NCBI GenBank assembly: GCA_963762255.1
Contig: CAVXKA010000001.1
Location: 992,001 to 1,056,000 of the forward strand
Source: Candidatus Eiseniibacteriota bacterium
GTDB lineage: Bacteria; Eisenbacteria; RBG-16-71-46; JABDJR01
Length of the DNA stretch: 64,000 bases
Direction: 5' to 3'
A program made the translations under genes and the position numbers. The notes under the pieces were generated by a model. That model made no database searches. It worked only from the letters and a program-made list of their open reading frames with translations, and had not been told where the DNA came from. Shown here piece after piece: positions 57,213 to 64,000 of this stretch. Numbering within the stretch: position 1 is the stretch's first letter; each line of letters starts with the position of its first letter.

Positions 57213-58510
57213 TCGCCGAACTCTCGGGGCGTGGCCGGTATGCCTTGCGGACAGCGGCGATGGCATTCATGGGGCGCGCGGCCGCGACATGGATGTTGCT
57301 GGCCCTTGTCTTCGGCGGCGCCGCGTGCGGCAGGGGACGCGGCGATGCCAAGGACTCCGTCACGGTGACCTTCTGGCAGTTCTGGCCCGCGGAGACGGTG
57401 CGCCCCCTGATCGCCGCGTTCGAGGCGGCGAACCCCGGCATCCGGGTCGAGATGCAGCAGCTCACCTGGCAGAGCGGCCTCGAGAAGATCACCGCGGCGA
57501 CGGCGGCCGGACAGCCGCCCGACTTGTGCGAGCTGGGCACGACCTGGTTCGCCAAGTTCGCGGCGAACGGCGCGCTTGCCGACCTCACCGCGGACACGGA
57601 ACCCATGCGGTCCCAGTACCTCATGTGGGACGCATGCACCTACGACGGCAAGGTGTACGCGCTCCCGTGGGTGACCGGAACGCGCGTGCTCTTCACCAAC
57701 CGCGAGCTGGCGCGAGCGGCCGGGCTCGATCCCGACCGGCCGCCGGAGACCTGGGAAGAACTGCTGGCGTTCGCGCGCCAGGTGCACCGCCCGCGGGACC
57801 AGGTCTACGGGTACGGGCTCAATGCCGGCGAGCGGTACATCCAATTCAAGAAGTTCATGCCGTTCGCCTGGGGGAACGGCGGGGACGTGCTGAGCGCCGA
57901 CCGCGCGCGTTGCACCTTTGCGGAGGCGCCGGTGGCGGAGGCGCTCGATTTCTATCTTCAGCTCGGGCCGCATTCGCTTCTCGAGAAGCAGGAGGTTCTC
58001 GACCAGGCGTTCAAGGACGGGCGTCTGGGGGCGATGATCTCGGGGGCATGGCTCCTGAAGACGATCCCCCGCGATGCCCCGACCCTCGATTTCGGCGTGG
58101 CCCTCGTGCCCCGGCCTGCGACCGATCGCGGGTTCTCCGCCTCGTTCGGCGGCGGTGAACTGCTGGCGGTGTTCGCGCGTTCGTCGCACCGGGAGGCGGC
58201 GTTGCGGCTGGCGAAGTTCCTTGCCGAAGCTCCGCAGGCGATGGCGATCGCGCGGGCCGAGCAAAGCGTGCTTCCCGCCGCGAAGTCGGCCGAGTCGGAC
58301 CCCTTCTTCGCCGAGAACCCGAAACAGGCCGTGTTCCTGAAGCAGCTCGAGACCGCGGTCTTCCCGCCCAATCTCGAGGAGTGGGTCGAGATCGAAGATG
58401 TCGTAGACGCCGCGCTCGAGAAAGCGGTGTTCGGGAAGGCGACGTCGGCCGACGCGTTGGGCGAGGCCTGCCGGCGGATCGACGAACTCCTTTCCCGCGC
58501 CCCGCGCTAA
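57209..58510 (+). CDS. Carbohydrate ABC transporter substrate-binding lipoprotein
   Basis: GGAAC lipobox; FEAANPGIRV, PPDL, YDGKVYALP, PPETWEEL. Confidence 0.88.
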   Translation: MIAELSGRGRYALRTAAMAFMGRAAATWMLLALVFGGAACGRGRGDAKDSVTVTFWQFWPAETVRPLIAAFEAANPGIRVEMQQLTWQSGLEKITAATAAGQPPDLCELGTTWFAKFAANGALADLTADTEPMRSQYLMWDACTYDGKVYALPWVTGTRVLFTNRELARAAGLDPDRPPETWEELLAFARQVHRPRDQVYGYGLNAGERYIQFKKFMPFAWGNGGDVLSADRARCTFAEAPVAEALDFYLQLGPHSLLEKQEVLDQAFKDGRLGAMISGAWLLKTIPRDAPTLDFGVALVPRPATDRGFSASFGGGELLAVFARSSHREAALRLAKFLAEAPQAMAIARAEQSVLPAAKSAESDPFFAENPKQAVFLKQLETAVFPPNLEEWVEIEDVVDAALEKAVFGKATSADALGEACRRIDELLSRAPR

Positions 58511-58551
58511 GCGTTTGCCCGCGCAAACCGCGCGGCCTATGATGCCCCGAC

Positions 58552-59415
58552 ATGCGCTCCTCCGCCCGCGGCACCCTCGCTTTCCTGAGCCCCTGGCTCC
58601 TCACCTTTGCCCTGTTCGGGGTGTACCCGCTCCTCTTCTCGCTCCTGGTGAGCCTTGCCGACTACAACCCGCTGCGGGGCGGCATGACCTGGGTCGGCCT
58701 GGACAATTACGGGCGCGCGCTGCGTGACCCGCTCTTCTGGCAGTCTCTCAAGGTCACGCTCTACTTCGTGGCGGGGACGATCCCGCTCACCACTGTCCTT
58801 GCGCTGGCCCTGGCGCTGCTGCTGAACCGCCCCCTGCGCGGGCGGGGGTTCTTTCGCGCCTCGTTCTTTCTGCCGACGGTCGTCTCCCTGGTGGTCGTGT
58901 CGCTCATCTTCAAGCAGGTGTACTCGCCGTTCGGGCTCTTGAACGCGTTCCTGCGAGGGCTGGGGCTCGAGGGGCACCCGTGGCTCCAGCATCCGATGAC
59001 CGCACTGCCCGCGGTCATGCTCATGGATGTGTGGGCGGCCATCGGCTACTACATGGTCATCTACCTGGCGGGTCTCCAGACCATCCCGGCGGAACTCTAC
59101 GAGGCCGCGGCGCTGGATGGCAGCGACGGGTGGCGGCGGCACTGGCACATCACGCTCCCGTTGCTCCTGCCCACCACGCTCTTCGTCGTGGTCATCAACA
59201 CCATCCGCAGCCTCCAGGTCTTCATCGAGATCTTTGTGATGACGCAGGGCGGCCCGCTCGACTCGACCCGCACCACCGTCTTCTATCTCTACGAGCAGGG
59301 GTTCCGCTACTTCGACATGGGCTATGCCAGCGCGATCGCCTATCTCCTCTTCGCGATCGTCATGCTGGCGTCCCTGGCCCAGACCCGGATCTTCAAGTCG
59401 AAGGTGGACGCGTGA
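58552..59415 (+). CDS. Carbohydrate ABC transporter permease
   Basis: WVGLDNY, YLAGLQTIPAELYEAAALDG, GYASAIA. Confidence 0.92.
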   Translation: MRSSARGTLAFLSPWLLTFALFGVYPLLFSLLVSLADYNPLRGGMTWVGLDNYGRALRDPLFWQSLKVTLYFVAGTIPLTTVLALALALLLNRPLRGRGFFRASFFLPTVVSLVVVSLIFKQVYSPFGLLNAFLRGLGLEGHPWLQHPMTALPAVMLMDVWAAIGYYMVIYLAGLQTIPAELYEAAALDGSDGWRRHWHITLPLLLPTTLFVVVINTIRSLQVFIEIFVMTQGGPLDSTRTTVFYLYEQGFRYFDMGYASAIAYLLFAIVMLASLAQTRIFKSKVDA

Positions 59416-60251
59416 GCGGGCGCGCGTCCGCGCGGAGCTGGGCCGGGCGGGGACTCCTGTGGGCCGTGCTCCTCGGAAGCCTCGTCACCATGCTCTTCCC
59501 GCTCTACTGGATGACCCTTCTCTCGCTCAAGGTCGAGGGGTTCACGCTGAGCGGGCCGGCCAGCCTTCTCCCGACCGGACTCACGCTGCGCAACTATCGG
59601 GACGTGTGGGCAGCGGGTCCCTTCGGGCGCTACTTCCTCAACAGCGCGCTGGTGGCAGCGGTCGTGGTCGCGGGGAACCTCCTCTTCTCCGCGATGGTCG
59701 GTTACGCTTTCGCCCGCCGCCGATTCGCCGGGAAGAGACCGCTCTGGGGAGCGGTGCTGGCCACGCTCATGATTCCCAAGCAGGTCATTCTGGTGCCGCT
59801 CTACATTCTGGTGGCCCGGGCGGGGCTTATCGATACCTTCACCGCCCTCACGGTGCCCTTCGTAGTCGACGCCTTCAATGTGTTTCTCATGCGCCAGTAC
59901 ATCCAGCAATTGCCGGTGGACCTCGAGGAAGCGGCGCGCGTGGACGGCGCGAGCGACTGGTCGGTGTTCCGGCGGGTGGTGCTCCCCCTGGCGCGACCGG
60001 CCCTGGCCGTCGTCGGCATCAACACGTTTCTCGTCAACTGGAACTCGTTCCTCTTTCCCCTCATTCTTACGAGCAGCGAGAGAATGCGGACGCTGCCCGT
60101 GGGTCTCGCTCTCTACAGCCAGGGCCAGCACGCGGTGGACTGGGGACACCTCATGGCCGGATCGATGCTCTCCACGCTCCCCGTTCTCGCGGTGTTTCTG
60201 CTCTTCCAGCGGCACATCATCGAAGGGATCACCGCGGGCGCCGGGAAGTGA
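59412..60251 (+). CDS. Carbohydrate ABC transporter permease
   Basis: YFLNS, GYAFAR, FLMRQY, LEEAARVDGA, WNSFLFP. Confidence 0.92.
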   Translation: MSGRASARSWAGRGLLWAVLLGSLVTMLFPLYWMTLLSLKVEGFTLSGPASLLPTGLTLRNYRDVWAAGPFGRYFLNSALVAAVVVAGNLLFSAMVGYAFARRRFAGKRPLWGAVLATLMIPKQVILVPLYILVARAGLIDTFTALTVPFVVDAFNVFLMRQYIQQLPVDLEEAARVDGASDWSVFRRVVLPLARPALAVVGINTFLVNWNSFLFPLILTSSERMRTLPVGLALYSQGQHAVDWGHLMAGSMLSTLPVLAVFLLFQRHIIEGITAGAGK

Positions 60252-60302
60252 TGTGGTATCGTTCTCGACCTTCTCGCCACATGCTCATTCAGGGAGCCCT
60301 GC

Positions 60303-62276
60303 ATGGAAGACACGACGTACCCGACCCGCGAGCCCGGCATCGACCTGAAGGGTCTCGATCGATCGGTCCGCCCTCAGGATGACTTCTACCGCTTCGTGAA
60401 CGGCGCGTGGCTGGACCGGACGCCGATTCCCTCCGACTACGCGACCTACGGAGCGTTCCACGAGGTCTTCGAGGCCGCCGAGCGCGGGCTGCGCGTCATC
60501 ATCGAAGAGGCGGCGGCGGCGTGCGATGCCCCCGGTTCGGACGCGCAGAAGGTGGGGGATTTCTATCGGAGCTACATGGATGAGGCGCGCGCCGACGCGC
60601 TGGGACTCTCGCCGCTGGCCGACGAGCTGAGCCGCATCGACGGAATCCGGACCCTCGGCGGCGTCATCACCCAGATGGCCAGGCACCTTGTGCTGGGCGC
60701 CGACCCGCCGCTGCACGCTCTTGTCGATCAAGACGCCAAGCACTCCGACCGCTATATCGTCTACTTCACGCAGGGCGGGATCGGACTCCCCGATCGGGAC
60801 TACTACCTGCTCGAGGATCCGAAGTTCGCGGAGATCCGCGTCGCTTACGAGGCCTACATCGCCACGATCCTGCGTCTGATCGGTGTCGAGAGCCCCGACG
60901 GCGCGGCGGCCAGGATCGTGGCTCTCGAGAAGCGCATCGCCGAGCACCACTGGACCCAGGTCGAGAATCGCGACGAGGAAGCGCGGTATAACCGGGTCGA
61001 CATGAGCGGGCTCGGCGCGCTGGCCCCGCGGTTCGATTGGAGCGCGTACCTTGCCGGCGCCGGCGCCGCCGGTCAGACCGAAACGGTGGTGAGCCAGCCG
61101 AGCTTCGTCCGGGGCTTCGGCGCGCTGCTCGCCGAGGTCCCGGTCGAGACGTGGCGCGTCTACCTGAAATGGCATCTCGTCAACGCCTACGCACCGTACC
61201 TGAGCCGGGACTTCGTGGACGCCCGCTTCGACTTCTACGGCAAGACGCTCTCCGGCATCGACGAGATCCGCCCGCGATGGAAGCGAGCGGTAGGGGAGAT
61301 CGACGAGAGCCTGGGCGAGGTCCTGGGGCGCATGTACGTGGAGCGCCACTTCCCCCCCGAGGCCAAGGCGCGCATGAATGAGCTGGTGGAGAACCTGAAG
61401 CTCGCTTTCCGGGAGAGCATCGAGACCCTGGACTGGATGGGACCGGAGACTCGCCGGCGAGCGCTGATCAAGCTCGGGCAGTTCACCACCAAGATCGGCT
61501 ATCCCGATGTGTGGCGGGACTACGCCGGTCTCGTCGTGACGCCGGACGACCTAGTGGGAAACGTGATGCGCGCGCGGAGCTTCGAGCACGAGCGCCGCTT
61601 CGGTCACCTGGGTAAGCCCGTCGATCGCAACGAGTGGCAGATGACGCCGCAGACCGTGAACGCCTACTACAACCCGCTCATGAACGAGATCGTGTTTCCC
61701 GCCGCGATCCTGCAGCCCCCCTTCTTCGACATGAACGCGGACGATGCCGCCAACTACGGCGGGATCGGCGCGGTGATCGGCCACGAGATCGGCCACGGTT
61801 TCGACGACCAGGGGCGGAAATTCGACGGCGACGGGAATCTCACGGACTGGTGGACCGAGGCCGACGCGCGCGAGTTTGACGCGCGGGCCAAGAAGTTGGT
61901 TGAGCAGTTTGGTGCGTACAACCCCATCGACGACATGCACATCAACGGCGAGCTCACGCTGGGGGAGAACATCGGCGATCTCGGCGGGCTCAACGTGGCC
62001 TACCGCGCTTACCGCATTTCGCTACGCGGCCGCGAGGCGCCGGTGATCGGAGGCTTCACCGGCGACCAGCGATTCTTCATGGGCTGGGCGCAGGTCTGGC
62101 GCGGCAAGTATAAAGACGAAGAATTGCGAAACCGGCTCCTCACCGATCCCCACTCTCCCCCCGGCTACCGCGTGACCGGACCGATGTCCAATATGGACGA
62201 GTTCTACGCCGCGTACGGGGTGAAGGAGGGCGACGCGCTTCACCGCCCTGCGGGGGATCGCGTCCGCATCTGGTGA
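60303..62276 (+). CDS. M13 family zinc metalloendopeptidase (PepO-like)
   Basis: PQDDFYRFVNG, VNAYY, HEIGH, GENIGD, DPHSP. Confidence 0.95.
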   Translation: MEDTTYPTREPGIDLKGLDRSVRPQDDFYRFVNGAWLDRTPIPSDYATYGAFHEVFEAAERGLRVIIEEAAAACDAPGSDAQKVGDFYRSYMDEARADALGLSPLADELSRIDGIRTLGGVITQMARHLVLGADPPLHALVDQDAKHSDRYIVYFTQGGIGLPDRDYYLLEDPKFAEIRVAYEAYIATILRLIGVESPDGAAARIVALEKRIAEHHWTQVENRDEEARYNRVDMSGLGALAPRFDWSAYLAGAGAAGQTETVVSQPSFVRGFGALLAEVPVETWRVYLKWHLVNAYAPYLSRDFVDARFDFYGKTLSGIDEIRPRWKRAVGEIDESLGEVLGRMYVERHFPPEAKARMNELVENLKLAFRESIETLDWMGPETRRRALIKLGQFTTKIGYPDVWRDYAGLVVTPDDLVGNVMRARSFEHERRFGHLGKPVDRNEWQMTPQTVNAYYNPLMNEIVFPAAILQPPFFDMNADDAANYGGIGAVIGHEIGHGFDDQGRKFDGDGNLTDWWTEADAREFDARAKKLVEQFGAYNPIDDMHINGELTLGENIGDLGGLNVAYRAYRISLRGREAPVIGGFTGDQRFFMGWAQVWRGKYKDEELRNRLLTDPHSPPGYRVTGPMSNMDEFYAAYGVKEGDALHRPAGDRVRIW

Positions 62277-62396
62277 GCGGGCGGCCGACCCGGGTGGCAA
62301 GCCGAGGCCGCCGGAAGTAGAATCAGCCGTCGCGCGATCGGGCGGAGGCCCGCCTTTCCCCGCTTTCCCGCCCCTGTCGCCACGGAAGGAGAGATC

Positions 62397-63932
62397 ATGG
62401 CGGTGCATGTGGATGGGAAGAGCCTTCGGATAGAGAACGTGGTCGCGGTGGCGCGGCATGGCGAGGAAGTGGTGATCACCCCGCAGTCGCTGGACCGTAT
62501 TCGCGCCTGTCGCGCCATGATCGAGCGCAAGATCGCGGCGAACGAGACCATGTACGGGACGAACACCGGGATCGGCGAGCTGTCGGAGATGAAGCTCAAC
62601 GACGATCAGCTCCGGCAGTTCCAGCGCTACCTGGTCTACAACCACGCAGCCGGCATCGGCAAGCCGGCGCCGATCGAGCATGTTCGCGCGGCCATGCTCA
62701 GTCGCATCAACGTCCACTCCAAAGGCTACTCGGCCTGCCGTCCGGAGATCCCGCTCACCTACGCCGCCATGCTCAATCGCGGCATCACCCCGGTCGCGTG
62801 CGAGAAGGGAAGCGTCGGCGCGTGCGGCGACCTCGCGCCGATGAGCCAGATCGCGCTGAGCCTGATGGGCGAGGGCGAGTGCTTCTACCGGGGCGAGCGC
62901 ATGCCGACGGCGGCGGCGATGCAGAAGGCGGGGATTCCGGTGCCCGGGCTCGAAGCGCGCGACGGCCTCTCCGCGATCAACGGCTCGAACCTCATCACGG
63001 GGATGGCGTGCCTCCTGCTCTACGACGCCGAGCGGTGGACGACCCAGGCCGAGATCGCCGCGGCGATGACGCTGGAAGCGTTGCTGGCCAACATGAAGCC
63101 CTACAACCCCAAGCTCCACGAGCTGCGCGGGTTCCGCGGAGCCCAGACCTCCGCTGCCAATCTGCGCCAGGTGATGGAGGGTTCGGACCTCTGGACCGGG
63201 AAGATCAAGGTCAAGGTCCAGGACGCGTACTCGATGCGCTCCACCCCGCAGGTCATCGGGTCGCTCCGCGATCTTCTCTCGTGGGCGCGCACGCAGGTGG
63301 AGACGGAACTCAACGGCGTCGCCGACAACCCGATCTTCGATACGGAAACCGACACGGTGCTGACCGGCGCCAACTTCCAGGGCGTGCCGGTGAGCATGCC
63401 GCTGGATACCGTCGGCGCGGCTCTGTGCATGGTGTCGGTCCTGTCGGAACGCCGGCTGAACCGGCTGCTGAACTCGGCACTCTCGGTGGGGCTCCCCGCA
63501 TTCCTGACGAAGGGAGCGGGGATGTTCTCCGGCCACATGCTGAGCCAGTACACCGCCGACATGCTGATCGTGGAGCAGCGAATCCTGAGCACTCCGTCCT
63601 ATATCCAGTCCATCCCCGCCGCCGCGGACCAGGAAGATTTCGTGAGCATGGGGATGAATGGGGCGCTCAAGACGGTGCAGATTCTCGAGAACGCCCGCGC
63701 GGTGCTGGGGATCGAGATGATCGCCGCGGCCCAGGCGCTCGACTTCCGCGACTTCACGCCGGGGAAGGGGACGCTGGCCGCCCATGCCGCGATCCGTAAG
63801 GTCGTGAAACACCTCGAAGAGGACCGGCCGCTCCATACCGACCACAACGCAATGGCCGAGGCGGTCAAGCAGTGCTCGGTGTTGGAGGCGGTGGAGGCCG
63901 AGGTGGGGGCGCTTAAGGCGTCGTGGAGTTGA
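62397..63932 (+). CDS. MIO-dependent aromatic amino acid ammonia-lyase (histidine ammonia-lyase-like)
   Basis: YGTNTG.G, GSVGACGDLAP, INGS, QDAYSMR..PQV, DNP, ANF.G, QED.VSMG. Confidence 0.88.
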   Translation: MAVHVDGKSLRIENVVAVARHGEEVVITPQSLDRIRACRAMIERKIAANETMYGTNTGIGELSEMKLNDDQLRQFQRYLVYNHAAGIGKPAPIEHVRAAMLSRINVHSKGYSACRPEIPLTYAAMLNRGITPVACEKGSVGACGDLAPMSQIALSLMGEGECFYRGERMPTAAAMQKAGIPVPGLEARDGLSAINGSNLITGMACLLLYDAERWTTQAEIAAAMTLEALLANMKPYNPKLHELRGFRGAQTSAANLRQVMEGSDLWTGKIKVKVQDAYSMRSTPQVIGSLRDLLSWARTQVETELNGVADNPIFDTETDTVLTGANFQGVPVSMPLDTVGAALCMVSVLSERRLNRLLNSALSVGLPAFLTKGAGMFSGHMLSQYTADMLIVEQRILSTPSYIQSIPAAADQEDFVSMGMNGALKTVQILENARAVLGIEMIAAAQALDFRDFTPGKGTLAAHAAIRKVVKHLEEDRPLHTDHNAMAEAVKQCSVLEAVEAEVGALKASWS

Positions 63933-64000
63933 GGCGGACCGGTTCGGCCGGGTAGGCGTGGCGGGTGCGGGCGGGTTGCGAGGGGTGATGCGCGGGCGGG

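Noticed and set aside
1-64000. CRISPR arrays, IS/transposases, prophage, rRNA or tRNA genes
   Set aside because: No regularly spaced repeats, transposase/integrase motifs or structural RNA hallmarks were seen.

Overview
GC-rich bacterial chromosomal window of about 50 mostly housekeeping or metabolic genes. A C-terminal FlgD-Ig domain, a PEP-CTERM protein and a repeat lipoprotein suggest a diderm lineage such as Ca. Eisenbacteria or relatives (inference). In order: OPT transporter (runs off the left edge), alpha/beta hydrolase, DUF3015/DUF4105 pair, GH144 glucanase, MocR regulator-pdxS-pdxT operon, GH13, NAT, fur-feoB-(Cys-rich)-DtxR/FeoA operon, PEP-CTERM protein, galE, priA, rho-rpmE-DUF1385-prfA-prmC, repeat lipoprotein, murA, selB, ECF sigma/anti-sigma, frameshifted octaheme HAO-family cytochrome, rsgA, carboxyltransferase, SDR, two paralogous beta-barrels, hsp20-dnaK-DUF1844-grpE-dnaJ, murQ-sugar ABC, M13 peptidase and an ammonia-lyase. 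I saw no rRNA, tRNA, CRISPR array or mobile element. The strongest unexplained signal is a ~440-nt, densely structured, apparently non-coding minus-strand transcription unit (about 48162 to 47725). It has a consensus sigma-54 promoter, a perfect IHF site, paired palindromic enhancer sites and its own terminator. Also notable: an RLR leader peptide upstream of rsgA, a sigma-54-driven dnaK operon, a shared 25-bp element at all three sigma-54 promoters, an SDR lacking its catalytic Tyr, and an Ala-Cys-Gly MIO lyase. All calls come from motif recognition by eye; no database searches were run.
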